Shown here piece after piece: positions 28,701-46,935 of a stretch of DNA of 64,000 nt. The position numbers and the translations under genes are program-made. Positions within the stretch are counted from its first letter, which is position 1. Every line of letters begins with the position of its first letter. Under the pieces are notes generated by a model that was not told the DNA's origin, did not search any database, and was given only the letters and a program-made list of their open reading frames with translations. This DNA is from Blastocystis sp. Blastoise (Eukaryota > Protista > Bigyra: Opalinata). The DNA is taken from NCBI GenBank assembly GCA_039096225.1, contig JBBPEB010000032.1, positions 1,089,934-1,153,933 on the forward strand, written 5' to 3'.

Positions 28701-29520
28701 TATATTGTTTATTTTCAATAGTATTATCAACATATAAACAACAACAAGGAGATATACTTAAATATTGACGACTTGCACTAATTTTAAATGATATATTTAT
28801 AATATATTGTTTCTCTTCATATAAAGATGATTCTTTATTTATATATGGAATATTTAAATATATATTATAATATATATTATTATTATTATTATTATTATAT
28901 TCTAATTTCATAAAATCTTCTTTAAGTGTACAACAAAGATATTCATTTTTCTTTAAAGAAAGATTCATTGTAGTAGAACTAAAATATAATGGATAATCAT
29001 AAGGATTCAATATAGGTAAAAAGAAAGAACAATCAGAATAACTTTTAAAATATGTACCAATATCGATATTAAATATATTCTTTACTTCTTTATTATTATT
29101 ATTTATATTTCTTAATGAAGAATTATTTCTATTTATATAAAAAAGAGGAGCATCATCATATTGATCTATATATAGAATTAATGTTTCTGTTCTATAAAAT
29201 TGAATAGTATTCTTATTTATATCTTTTGTAGAATCTAATATTGTAGATATTTCTTGTTTGAAATTATAAAGAAATAAATTCATATTCATTAAATTATTAT
29301 TATCATTATTATTATATATTGTATTCATATAAGTATATATATCTGTAATAGTTTCAGGATTAGATGGTAATGATATACAATGAGATAAACATTCTAATAA
29401 GAATAAAGATATATATGTATAATGAGAAGGAGATAAAAATATATATTTTTGATTTATAGGAATAGATGTATGAATTAAATAAAGAGATAATGAAGATATA
29501 GAAGAAATATCTGAATGAAA
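25777..29520 (-). pseudogene. Midasin-like AAA/vWA giant protein, C-terminal part with vWA-like domains
   Basis: 1248-aa ORF whose GTG start comes from the TIR. KIF...GDKRNYSISIIIDNS resembles the midasin MIDAS/vWA entry. In frame with the 34964+ part across the insertion. Confidence 0.7.
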
Positions 29521-32500
29521 CACTGGTGGGCAGCTTTTTCCCTTTTATACCAGGTTCCCCATAAATTTATACCAAAATTACGAAAAAATCGGTCTTTAAT
29601 TTTTTTTATACCGACGAAAGTAATTTATACCACAAAAACAAAAATAAACTTGGTATAATGTTGTGTGGACACTCATATAAATTCGTTGTTTTATATTTAT
29701 ATATTTATATCTAAGAAACTGATAGTAAGATGTTTTATTTGTATATTAACTGATAATTTAAGACTTTCTATAACATATTCAAGAAATTATCCACAATATC
29801 TAGGACAATCATTTTTAATTTTGTTCGGCAATTTACTTAATTGAATTATTCACGTATACTAACGAATTCACAGACTCGAAAGAACATAGAATTGAATGTG
29901 AATTATGATAAAGTTGCCATTCTTATGAATGTCAGAAAATTGTCACTGGTGGACCATTTTTCTTGTCTAGGGTTAGGGTTAGGGTTTGAGTTCAGTTTAA
30001 GACAAAAAAAGAAAAAAATCGGTCGAAAAAAAGTCTTTAACTAACAAAAGAAAAAATGTATAAAAAAAATTTATTTCTTTAAAAAATCAAAAATTTATTT
30101 TTAAGCTTATCCAGCTTTGTTGATTGCTTTTCATTTATTTTCGAGCATCAACTATCTCAGGAAGTCTGTGAACCTTTATACTAGTAAATATTTTATAATT
30201 ATTTTATATACAAATACTTAATCAGTAATTATGTTATCGTTTATTTATTTTTAGAACTTATAGGTGTCACTAACAGTTTCAAGCCTTCACTTTAGTCACA
30301 CAGGTCTCTTCAAAAGTATATAAATATAAAATATAATAATTTTGTCTAATTTCTATTTTATTTATTTAGGTTGTAATTGAATGAGATTCTTCAAATCACT
30401 TATGTACTAATGGTTGACGATTTTAAATCAAAATAAATTCAAATCAAAACAAAAGTGAGAGAATGGGAGACATTCATTTCTGTATATATTTATTTTTATT
30501 TATTCTTTTATTTATTTTACTTTATTCACTATCTATATTACTCTAGGGTAGTTATCGAATCTTGAAAAAGTGGTTTAATTAAAAAAAGAAAATTCTTCCT
30601 TTTCATTTTTTAGGTATATATAAATATTTTTATTATTATTATTTTTATGTTATTTTATTTAATTTATTTGATATATTTAATTCAGATATATATTAAATAG
30701 TATTGTTTTATATAATTATTTATTTTTAATTTAATTATTTACTTTTATCTATAGTTTTGTATATATAGGTCTTATAGTATTTATTAGTAGAAATATATAT
30801 TTATTCTTATAGTTTTTTTTATATTTTATATATTCATTCTATTTATTGTTTATATAGTATTAGTTGATTCGTTAAACAAATATCTCAAAGTTTATTATAA
30901 AAATTTATTGTATATATATATATATTTTATTATTATTTTTATTCTTTTTTAATATATATATATATTTTATATATTTATTTTAAAAATATGTAAAAAAAAT
31001 CAAATTATATATATAGGCATTGAATTCTATTAGAATATTGAGACTTAATCCTTATGAATATAGAATAGAGGTTATTACTACTTGTTTCCGTTATAATATG
31101 GTATATATATATATATATATAATTTAATAGAAATAATATAGTATACTATAATATATTTATTATATATCTATATCTATAGAAGGATATAATAAATGATAAT
31201 TAATGAAGAAGTCTATTATTATGTTGATTATTAGAATCTTCGTGATATATATATATATAATTATGTGTATATCTATTATTAAATATATTATTATATATAT
31301 ATATTTTATACATATATATTATTATTATATTGTTTATTATTATTCTATATATTATTATATATTAATCTATATTATCTATATATAGTTCTTCAGGATAATA
31401 AGAAGTAGATAATTTTATGTTATTCTCATCAGTAAAGATATAAATGTTTTTATTCCTAATAATAATAACGATTTGGAGAATAAATTTATTAGTAAATATC
31501 TTTATATGAATTAATCTTTTTTTGTATATATATATAATACTTATATACATTTAAATCATATTATTGTATAATAAACTATTATATATATATAGTTTTAAAT
31601 AGTATGTAATAGAAGTTGAGAGAGTATATAAGGTTTTCAATTTCTTGGTTTATAAGGTATGATTAATATATTTCTATTAATAGATAGTTTATATAGATCT
31701 TCAATTGGTTCTTAAGTCTCTCTCTTGGTCAAACCTGTATTTTTTCTTATTGTTTCTCTTCCTGATGAATATAATAAGAATCGAGTTGTTTAAGTGTTAG
31801 ATTCTCTGTATTTATATAAAAAAATAGTTTATTATCAGTTACTAGGAATATCATATATAGGTATCCTATTATCTTTATCTTTTAAAAATGATGAAAAAGA
31901 TGTTATTGTTATGATGATATAATGATGGATTTTGGTGAATATCTTTCTTCTTTATTTGACATAGATTGATATCATCTTTTCTTATTCCTTTAGATACACT
32001 ATATGGATATGTACTGCATTATAGATTGAAGTTTTTATATAGAATAGTAAGGCATAGATACTAATAGAAAAGTATATATGTATTTATTACTAGTAATACT
32101 TTTATTCTATTTATTTATTTTTATTATTACTATTTGTATTATATAGATAGATAGAAATATAGATATAGATAGACGTGTATCAATTATAATAAGATTGTGT
32201 TTATTTATATATTTTTATTGTTTATAAAGATATGAATTTATTTGGGAATTATATAGAGTAATTACATTATTATAAACGTATATTTTTATTTATAATATTT
32301 TTAAATATTTATATTATTATATATAGCTATTATAATTAGCTGAATATCATTAAAAGAAGATGATAAATAAGTTATAATGAGCAAACAAAAACATCTTCTT
32401 CTTCTAGTTAATTATTTTTATATGATTTAAGATACTATTATGTATATTATTAAAAGAAATATTACTATTATTATTCTTTATATATAACATTTTATATTAC

Positions 32501-34963
32501 TATATACAATAAAATTATTATTATATCTCTCTCTATCTATAGCTATATTTTATGAATGTATCAAAGAAATATTATATACATTTATTGAGTATTAAATAAG
32601 TTATGATATGAAAAAAATAAAAACTCAAAATTATACATATAAGTATATATATCATAATTAATATATCTTTATTGATTTTTATTATAATATATATATAGTT
32701 AAATTTATTTATTCTTTTTTAAAAGAAAAATGAAGTTTACAATAAGTGTATATTATGTCTATAAAACAAGTAAAGATATGTATATATATATAATTATTAT
32801 TATTATTATTTAGCTACTATTCTATATATATGTATATATATTTGTCTATATTTATTTTTATATAAGTATATATAGTGTTAGAATCTATTATTCCTTTTTA
32901 AATACTCAAGATAACTTATATTGTATACTTTCTGGTACTACTATTTGTTCTATAGTATATAATGTTATTCTTATTATATCATAATTTTTTATTAGTAGAG
33001 AAATTTATATATATATATATATATATATGTTTTTTTTTAACAAAATATTTAAAATAATATATCTATTTATATATAGATCTTATTCCCGTGAATTTTCTTT
33101 ATATTTTTATATTAAGAATTAATGTATATAATTAGGTATATAAAGGTCTTGGAAATTATTAATTACTAATTTATTTTATTTTAAACTAACTGATATATAT
33201 ATATATAGATAAAATAAAGAAGAAATAGAAATGAAGAAGGAGAAAAAGAAAGAAGTTTTAGTGATATAGAGAAATATATTAATGTTTCAGTATATATATA
33301 TATACTTATTTATGTATATATAAAATTGTTTATGTTCATTTATTTATATATATTTAAATTTACCTGTGTATATATTTATATTTGTATTTATATTTATATA
33401 TGTTTCTATAGCTAAATATATCTATTCTGAACAAAAAATAATCCATAATCATTTATTATCTCATTCTTATATATATATTTACTTTTTATTATTATATATA
33501 TATTTTTTTTTATTATTATAATATTAATAAATTATTTTACTTAATTCTCTTTGTATAATCTATAGTAGTTCATAATCTTTTAATTTTTATTATCTTTTTT
33601 AAATGAAAATAATTAAAAATAAAGCTTATATATATATATTTATAATATTTTTAGAAAATAATTTTATTAATTGAAAATAACCTTAAAACCATTCAATTAA
33701 GCTTTTTAAAAGCTAATTTTGCACTTATTCATCTCTACAAGTGTATTGCTATTAAAAGAAAACATAAATATAATAAAATATTTTATCTCAGTATTTGTTA
33801 ATCAGTTTGATAAAAGTTTCCTATTTGTATATGTTTTGACTCAAAACGACTCACTGACAATCAATCAACACTACAACGTCAATAAAGCTCATAAGTAAAA
33901 CAAATATGAAAGTAATTGCCTTCAAGAATAGAGTTTTTTTCATCAGTAACCTTAAAACCATTGTCAGAGTACAATTTATATATTTATAAAGAACCATATT
34001 ACATAAGCATCAATATATACATTTTTCTTAACTTCAAAGTGAAGTTTTACTAAAAATATTACAGAGTCGAAATAACCCCTGGATTTTAGAACTTTTCTTA
34101 TATATAAAAAAATTTCATACAAATTCATATTCAGGGCCATGCTTATTCTTTTTTCAAGAAAATTCTTACAAATATCTTTATATTTATTAATATTTATAAA
34201 GTTGGTTGTTTTCTTTAAAATGGTATTTTTTTCATTCCTTTTATATCTATTATTCTATAGCTTGTATATATAACTCAAATTATTCAAAAATAAGCACAGA
34301 TTCTCTTGGCGATTCTAAATATAGCTTCTTCTATAACGATCAGCTGATCAGAAATAACTTGATTTCAAAGGTAACCTCTCTTGTTGTTCTGCTTCAAGGA
34401 AATGCGATTCTCCATGAGCTCTTAAACTGTATGTATTTATTTATCCTTTTATTTATTACATTTCTATAATTATATTTTTATAGGTTCCTTATATGAGTAG
34501 AAAACAAAGTCCCTCGGTCAAAATTAAATAATAGTTTTTTATATTTTGCTTTATTTAATTGTTTATTCTTTAATTTTTTTGTATTTTGTTATTTTTATTG
34601 TTTTTTATGCTTAAACAACTAAAATATGTATTAAAAGAAGCAAAGAAATAATGTGTTTAAAACAGTCTAAAATAGCCCTAATGAAAGTCTAAAATGTAAA
34701 TTAGATGTTGTTATGAACATTTTTATCTTATATATATCAACAGTAAATACAACCACTGTCATTATGGAATACCAAAAATAAACATTAAAAATAAGTCGTA
34801 GTCATAAAAAGATACATCCCCCGTAACTATAGGAATACAAAACCCACCATAAGTTTATACCAGGAAAAGTCCTGTATATACCAGAAAATCACTTTTTTTA
34901 TACCAAAAAACAGCTAGGGTGCATACCAGAATTTTCACGATTTTAAAAAGCTGCCCACCAGTG
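29521..34963. mobile_element. Non-autonomous CACTA/CACTG element, 5443 bp
   Basis: Perfect 19-bp TIR CACTGGTGGGCAGCTTTTT (29521-29539 and 34945-34963); 3-bp TSD AAA (29518-29520, 34964-34966); multiple TTTATACCA-like subterminal motifs at both ends. Confidence 0.95.
30090..33600 (+). pseudogene. Captured, decayed multi-intron gene-like cargo inside the CACTG element
   Basis: More than 15 GTAT...TAG introns with short coding-like exons (e.g. CYDDIMMDFGEYLSSLFDID*) disrupted by stops. Confidence 0.6.
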
Positions 34964-37900
34964 AAATGAATGAAGATAATTATAATAAGATAATATATAA
35001 GAATTTATATACATATTCTTTTGAAAAGAATAAAGAGGAAATAAAGATTTATTTGAAGATTCATTTTTATTTAAAGAAATAGAAGATATATTATTATTAT
35101 TATTATTATTATTTAAATTTATATAGAAATCATGAAAATTATTTAATTCTTTATAAATAGTTTTTGTTCTATCAAATATAAATAAAAAATCAAAAAGTGT
35201 TGTTTCTTGAATATGTTGAATATAATATAAATATTGTTCTTTCATAATTAAAGGATTCTTCAAATAAATAGAGAATAGAAAAGAAGGAAAAGGAGATTCA
35301 AAGAAAAGAGGATAATATTCACATAAAATACTTTCTATATTATTAGTTATATTATTAGTATTAGAATTGAAAGAATTAGTTATATATTCATAAAATATAG
35401 ATATATTATTATTATCTAAGATATTATCTAAGATATTATTATTTAAAAATGATGATAAAGAATCTAATGATATATTTAATGAAGAAATAGAATAAATTGT
35501 ATGAATATAAAGAGGATAAAATTTAATGAATTCTAATATAGAAGAAGTTAAAGATAATGAATAATTATATACATATAAATTCATTATTGTATTTATATAG
35601 ATATATAAAGAGATTAATTGATGAATAGTAAATGATGTTTGAAATGGAATTGATTTCATATGTAATATATTTTGTATTTTAGGATGTATATAAATATCAA
35701 ATATTAATAAAGAATTTGTATCTATTATATCATAATCTATATTAGAAATATAATCATTATTATTATTATTATTATTATTATACTTTTCTTTCTTATAAGG
35801 AATTAATAATTTATATATATATAAACAAAATAATCCTAAATCAAAATATTCAAAGAAATGTAAATATTCTGATTTATTAAATTCTATTGAATATAAAAAT
35901 TGAATATATTGAGGAAAACAAAATAATATTTTTCTATCAAATTCATTATTATTATTTAAAGAAGGAAGATTTATTATATTATTATTTTTATTATTATTTA
36001 TAATATTATTATTATTATCATTATTAATAATTTTATTATTATTTATAATATCATTATTATTTAAAATATATATTATATATTGTAATGTATCAAAATCAAT
36101 TCCAAAAGGATATATTCTTTCTATTCTTTCATAAATAGAAGAAGAAAAATTAAAATGATTAATTGAAGAATATAAATATTGCATATTCATTTGTCTTCTC
36201 TTTATATTATATAAATCTATATGATGTTCTATTATATATATTAACTGTTTTTTACTATATTCATTATCATAAATATATTTAACAAAAGAAAGAGTCTTTG
36301 GTAATTGTTCTATTATATTATTATATTCTTCTAAATATTTTAAAATATCCATATAATCAATATCAATCTCTATATTCTTTGATTTATATATTTCTATATA
36401 TTTATCAAATTGAATCCATAACTCAAATAAAATACTTATTTTATGTAAAAATATAGGAATATCAACAGATTTATCATTTTGTATATATTCAAATATATAT
36501 TCATAAAAGGATCGATATAATAATAATTCATTTGGAATATAGGTATCTTCTATACATACTTTATATATAAATATCAATTTATCTTCTATATTCTCAAATA
36601 TATAATAATCACAAGGATCTTTTCCATATATATATGCATTATTCATTGAATCTATATCTTTTATATCTTTTATATTATATTGTTTTGTATCAAATACTAA
36701 CCATCTCTTCAATAATTGTGTTTCAGGAATAGTATTCTCTAAGAGAAACCAATCTCGTTCACCATAAATGATAAAAGAGAATATAATATAAGAAATACAG
36801 GATAAGTAATACTACAACACCAATGATTCTCTTTATATAATAAAATATATAATAAATCAATCTCATTCTTTGTAAAATCATTATATTTACATTTATATAA
36901 TAATTCTTTTATGATTTGAATCATATTGATTTCTTTTTCTATCGAATAATCACTTTTTAAATTTATAAATAAATCATTTATAATAGTCTTAGGAAATTCA
37001 TTACATATAGATAAAGATGAAGATTTTAATGAATTATTTAATGAATTATTTAATGAATTATTTAATGAATTGTTTATTGAATTATTTAATGAATTATTTA
37101 TTGAATTATTTAATGAATTATTTAATGAATTATTTAATGAATTATTTATAGAATTATTTAATGAATTATTTATAGAATTATTTAATGAATTATTTATAGA
37201 ATTATTTATAGAATTATTTATTGAATTATTTATAGAATTATTTATAGAATTATTTATTGAATTATTTATAGAATTATTTAATGAATTATTTAATGAATTA
37301 TTTAATGAATTATTTAATGAATTATTTATTGAATTATTTATTGAATTATTTATTGAATTATTTATAGAATTATTTATAGAATTATTTATTGAATTATTTA
37401 TTGATTTCTTAACACAATTATCCACATTATTATCATTACCTTTCATTATAGAAATATCAATCGATTCTATTGTATCTCTAAATAATTTATAAGATATAGT
37501 ATTCTTCATTATTGATTCCAAAGAAAACAATGAATTTATATTATATTTATCTTGAATCTCTTTATATATTTCTTCTTTTGATATATATGGTATATTTAAT
37601 ATTATACATCGATCTATAAGAGATAAAGATATATTATTTAAAGTATTCTCATGAAATCGAAATAGAATTCGAAAAGAAGGATGAATAAAATATCCATATT
37701 CACCATTCATCGTATAATGATACTCATTATTATTTATATCTCTATATATATAATAAGGATTCTCTTCTAATAAAGAATTCAATATTGTAAGTATCTTATC
37801 AATATGAATATCTATTATATCTAATATTAACCAATATCCATTTATAATACAATCTAATAAACATCCTTTATTATATATTATAGATTTCTTTTTATCATAT

Positions 37901-39152
37901 TCATATTTTATTCCATTCTTCTCATTATTATTATTATTAGTTTCATTTGATAAATCCATAGAATGATATTCTTCAAATAATCGTGAATTTTTATGAGTAG
38001 ATCCTTCTAGATCTAATAATGTTTTACCATCTATTGAAGATAATGGTTTATTAATATGAATAGAATTATTTTTTATAGAATTATTTATAGTAGAACTCTT
38101 TATACTATCTTCTTTTGATTTACTTATAGAAGAATAATCACTTTTAATACTTGATTTTCTTTTTAAAGATTCTTTAGAAATATTATTCCTTCTATGTTTT
38201 ACATAATCATCAGAACTATCATCATCATTATTACGACGTTTATTCTTTTTTAATTTCATATTTATACCTTTACGTTTATATTTATCTAAATCATTTCCAT
38301 CTATATTATAAGTAGAATCATAATTATGACGTGAAATAGAATGATAATTTTCTTTTTTATCATTTTTATCATTATCTATTTCAAATGTTTCATCATTTTC
38401 ATTTTCACTTTGATTATCACTATCATCATAATGATAGAATGAACCTCTTCCTCTTCCTCTTCTATGAGATCGTAATTTACCACGTCCACGACCACGGCCA
38501 CGAATAATAGGATTGGATACTCTATCGGTATCTGTTATTATACTTGTAGTATCATCATCATTATCATTATCTTCTTTTTCTTCTTCTTCTTCTCTTTCTT
38601 TTATTTCTTCTTCTTCTTCATCATCATTTTCTTCTTTTCTTTCTTCTTTTGTCTCTTTTTCTTTATGTTTTTCTATTTTTTCTTCTTTTTGTTCTTTTTG
38701 TTCTGGTATACTATCTTCTTTTGTTGCTTTTTCCTCTTCTTGTATATTATTTATATTTGAATAATCAATACTATGATTTCTATTATTCATATAATTCATA
38801 TCATTTATACTATCTTTAGAAGAATCACGAATAGTATTACCTTTAACAGAAGAATTATTCTTATTATTTGATATATCTTTTGAATTATTTATAGTTTTAT
38901 CTTGAGAAGAAAATAAAGATGAAGAAGATGAAGAATTAGAAACATTTGATTCTTTACGATGTTTATTTGAATGCATATTATTATTATTTATAGAAATAGA
39001 ATTATCTTTAAGAGAGAGATTCGATTCATCTGTTTCTTATTATTATTATCTTTATTTATATTATTCATATTTGATCTATTTATATCAATCTTATTTATCT
39101 TCTTAGAGTTTATATGCTGATTATTTGGTCTAGAATTATCTCCTTTAGAATC
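34964..39152 (-). pseudogene. Midasin-like AAA protein, upstream part (acidic/RG region, degenerate AAA module, SINN/SLNN repeats)
   Basis: KGCLLDCIINGYWLILD...LNSLLE...IHPSFRILF...SLIDRC matches the midasin/dynein-related AAA pattern. Frame breaks at ~36740-36810 (indel or ~72-nt intron) and ~39040. Confidence 0.7.
37030..37405. repeat. Coding 12-bp tandem repeat (GAATTATTTAWW-type) encoding ~31 S(I/L)NN units
   Basis: Directly visible. Confidence 0.9.
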
Positions 39153-39232
39153 TATATATAGAAAATATTTTAGAAATAAAAATAAATATTAATAATTAGA
39201 GGGGTAATTCATTAGTCTTATAAAGAATACTC

Positions 39233-39270
<38 letters not shown>

Positions 39271-39346
39271 GAAAATAATAATAATAATAATAAAGAAAAT
39301 AATAATAATAATAATAATAATTATATATATATATATATATATATAC

Positions 39347-42520
<3,174 letters not shown>

Positions 42521-44477
42521 ATTCTCATTATATTGTTTTAATTCTAATAAATATATTTGAATTTTACTATATACAATAATAATAATAAAAAAAATACTAA
42601 TAATAATATACTTAATTAATTCACTACATTTCTCTTTACGTACAATCAAATCATGTTTATATTTATTTATATCTACTAAATTCTTTTCTATCTGTATTCT
42701 TTCTTCTTTTCGAATATTCTATATATATATAATAATAATAATATTAATATTAATAATAAATATATATATATACTTTAGAAATTAGTTTATTATTTAATTC
42801 AATTAATTTTTTTATCACATATATTAATTTGATTCTCAGAAAAAAAGAAACCATTTCTATATATTAATAATAATAAACATAATTAATAATAATAATAATC
42901 AAATAATAATAATAATAAACAAAATAATAATAATAATAATAAACAAAATAATAATAATAATAATAAACAAAATATAATAATAATAATAATATTTATCAGG
43001 ATTTACCATTTCAAATAAAAAAGACGAAACTAACATCATGATTCACCAATGGTAAAAGAAAACGACTATCCTATAATATAATACACAATAAGCATACAAT
43101 AAAAATAGAATAAAATAAACAAATAACAAAAGAATAATTTCAATAAGGAATTGACAAAAAAAGAAAAATGAGTCAATGCAAATAAAAAATAAAAATATAT
43201 TTATATACCTTCATTAATCTGTTGATTGGTTGTCTGGAAGAAGTTTAAATGAAAATAACCAAGGAACCTAAAAGAATTAAAAATAAATGTAAAAATAAAT
43301 ACCTTATAAGAAATAATTCAACGTGAAGCTATAGCAAACCATTTTGTAATAAATCAAGGAGACGGTCTGAATTGAAGAAGAAATCTAAAATGGAAAAATC
43401 TAAAAGAATCAAGTCGTAAACTAGGAAATTTTTAATAAATAAATACTGATACATTATCTATTGAGCTTATGAACATCAATAATTTTTAGTATAAACTTCA
43501 TTTTTAGTTGCAGACAATAAATTAAAAATAAAAGATGAATTCATAGTTAAATTCAAATTCTTTAGTCAAGAAATAAATATTTTCATAAAAATTCGTTTTT
43601 TTTTATTTCTATAAATTTCATGATAGTTTATTAGAATTTTTGTTTATAACAGTCCAATCACAACCATATTCAAAAAATGATGTTGTATCCCAATAATTAT
43701 AACTTTGAAAATAAAAACTCATTTTCTTTGACTCTTTGATCTGTTGGCTTATTCCTTTAAAAACTATTGATTTTTACTAGAAACGTTTCCACACTACATA
43801 ATTAACGCTAAAAACAACTTTTTAAAAGACTTTTATTTGATTCTGAGGAAAAGTAGTTTTTTTAGAAGTTTTGACATACTATTTGTATGCGGAACTTTAT
43901 TCATGATAAAATTTAATGAAAAAACAATTTTAAAACTCTTATGTCATCTGATATACAATAAAATATAAATAGACTCAGTTTTGAACAAAAAAATTATTCC
44001 CGTTATTAAAAAAGAATCAAAAACTCTGGTCTGACTGCCCATGGAATAAATAGGGTGGGTTCAATTTTTCAGTGTAAAAAAAATATAAATTTTTGACTTT
44101 TTGGCTGAATTTTGGTTTTGACTTATAGAGGTCGTTTTATAAACTTTTATACATGCTTATGACTCTGAGATGGTCTTCACTTTAAACACAACTATAAAAA
44201 GTTTTAGAATATTGATCCCATTATTTTTCAAAATTGCCACTTAGAATGAAATAGAAACGTATTTGATATTGTGCAACGTTCAAAAATAATATAAAAATGT
44301 CAATACATTGATAAAATATGCTTAGTAGTGTTTTTGAATTAAAATCACTAATCAACAAAAACTTTCCTGAAATATTCTTTTTTTGTATTCATTTTTATTT
44401 ATTTATTTAATATTGATTAAAAATGTCTTTACGTAAAAATAAGCCATTAAAAAGCTATAAATAGTCAAAAGTACTTA

Positions 44478-44997
44478 AAGTCCCTGGAAAAACCCGGTCA
44501 TCTGGAAAAAACAGGTCCATTTTTTTTTTAATGTTATTTTCATGTAAACAATGATTTTTTTACGGCAAAAAAATATATAACCACGATTTTTAATTTTTTT
44601 TTGTTTTATACACAGTTTTATTAGCAACATCATTAATATGCGAGTCATCTATATTCCCTTCCATCACTTTTACAGCACATACCATGATAATAGTTTATTG
44701 TCACTTCAGCCTGACTTAAATTGACTTATCGAGAATAAATAAGATTACACTGTTAAAAATTAATATTATATAGCATATTTCGTGATAATTACCACATAAC
44801 AATTCTGTTAAGTGATGTGGAAAGTGGATGACATATATAGTAATGATTATATAAACAAAAATGTTTATAAAACGAAAAAAAAAATGAAAAATCGTGGTTA
44901 TTTTGTTTTTGTCGTTAAAAAACGTATTTACATGAAAATAACATTAAAAGAAAAATGGACCTTTTTTTTCCAGAGGAAGGTTTTTTTCCAGGGACTT
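44478..44997. mobile_element. Hairpin MITE, TA-flanked (Tc1/mariner-Stowaway-like)
   Basis: TA|AAGTCCCTGGAAAAA ... TTTTTCCAGGGACTT|TA. Imperfect inverted arms of at least 140 bp, with weaker similarity further inward. Confidence 0.75.
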
Positions 44998-45110
44998 TAT
45001 GTATGATAGAAATCACTAACTGGCTTTTGTTTTTCTGAATTCAGTCGAATTAAGCAATGCTGAAAAAAATATCATAAAAGTCTCTACGCAATTGTCATAC
45101 ACACTCCGAA

Positions 45111-45365
45111 GGGTAGTGTTTATTATGTGACATCAGCATTTAATTCTTCATTTATTATGTGACGTCAGCATTAAATTATTTATTTATTATGTGACGTCAG
45201 ATTTAATTAATCATTTATTAGGTGACGTCAGATTTAATTAATCATTTATTAGGTGACATCAGCATTAAATTCTTTATTTATTTGGTGACGTATGATTTAA
45301 TTCCTTTTTTTTTAGGTGATGTCAGCAATAAATTCCTTATTTATCAGGTGACATCATCATTTAAT
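45111..45365. repeat. 8 x 31-32-bp tandem repeat with TGAC(G/A)TCA core; possible solo MULE-type end starting GGGTAG
   Basis: Cores at ~45128, 45160, 45192, 45223, 45254, 45286, 45317 and 45349. Confidence 0.8.
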
Positions 45366-46935
45366 TTTTGTTGTTAGGAAATTATTTAAAAAATGAAACA
45401 TAGTTAAATATTGTTGAACAATTTATAATTAAAATAATTTTTATTACATAACATTATAAATAATAAAAATAATTGATATTATAAAATATATAATAAGTGT
45501 GTAGAATGAATTAAAATGAATTATATAGATACATAAAATAATTAAAGTGGATGAAAAAGCATCTTAAAATATTATTTAATCAATATAGAAAGTGTTTCAA
45601 AACTTGTTTAACAAATAAACAAAAAATTGTTAATATAAATAAATTAAATAATGTAGATTTTGGTGTTGTAAATATTCTCGTTGTGCAAAGAGAAACTATA
45701 AAATTAAGGTTTGGTTATACAACAGCTGCGCAATGAGAGTATCGTTCTGGGTAGATTTTCAAATTTCAAATTTCTTTTTTGAGGAAGAAAAAACAGTAAT
45801 TTATGTTTATTATTTTTCATATTTTATAAGTCAAGATCAAGAAAGAATTAGATAATCTGGTGGTGATAATACATCAGAATAGTACTGTAGTATGACTAAG
45901 AAATACTACGAAATAAAAAAAAGGAAAAATATATATGACTATTTTGAAAGGATTATGTTGATTAATAGATGATAAGGTTTTGAAGCCATGCATTTTCTGA
46001 ACGTTAGTAATAATATGAAACAAATAGATAATTATTTTTTTCTTTATGTGAGTGAAAATAAAGACTTATAAAGATGCTAACATCTTATCAGATATATTTC
46101 ATTGAATATATATATATATATATCTTTGTTTTATAGTGATATATACATATTAACGCACCACATGTCACATTACTTACATCTACGCGATTCATTTACTATG
46201 TGTCAACACCAAAAGAAATTCTCAAGTTTATATCGAAAATAGCTCGAATATATATTTAATATAATATATTATCAAATTAATAATAAATTACAAATTTTAA
46301 TCGTTAAGTAATTAAAAAAATATGTTTTTGTTGTTGCGTAAACAGTGCGCCTTTTTTTGACAACACAATTTTATATTTGCAAACAAAAAAATTAAACCAT
46401 TGTATTTCAGTAAAAGGAGACTTTTTAATAAATGTAAAATGAACATTTATGATTATTCAATAATATAGAATGAATTAATATAATTTATTGGAATTTTATT
46501 TAAAAAAATCAAATTGTTTTTACAAAATTCATGTATAGCTAATTATAGATAAATATGATCAAGAATACTTTGATTATTATCTTCTAATTCGCAAAATACA
46601 TGATTACTATAGAATTATAATAGCAAATAATGATAAACATAAATTAAAATAGTTGAATAATATTCATTATATTTACATTATGGAACAAAATAATTTGCAA
46701 CAAGAGAACAAAAGTATAAACAATATATAATAGATAACACATTCAAGTAGAATTGTTAAATGGTACAAATGAAGGAAACAACACAAAAAACAAAAATCAA
46801 GCTAGTGATAGCAATGCATAGTATGAAACAAACAAAATATTATTATATTTTAGTAAAGAATATTGTGATGCGACTATTATTAATAAGAAAATATCAAAAA
46901 AAAGTATATAAATAATAATTGTTCTATATATCTAG

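Noticed and set aside
37070-37492. 140-aa IELF/NELF repeat ORF on the + strand
   Set aside because: Antisense shadow of the S(I/L)NN coding repeat.
45111-45365. CRISPR array
   Set aside because: Whole units are degenerate tandem copies with no unique spacers, there are no cas genes, and the context is eukaryotic.
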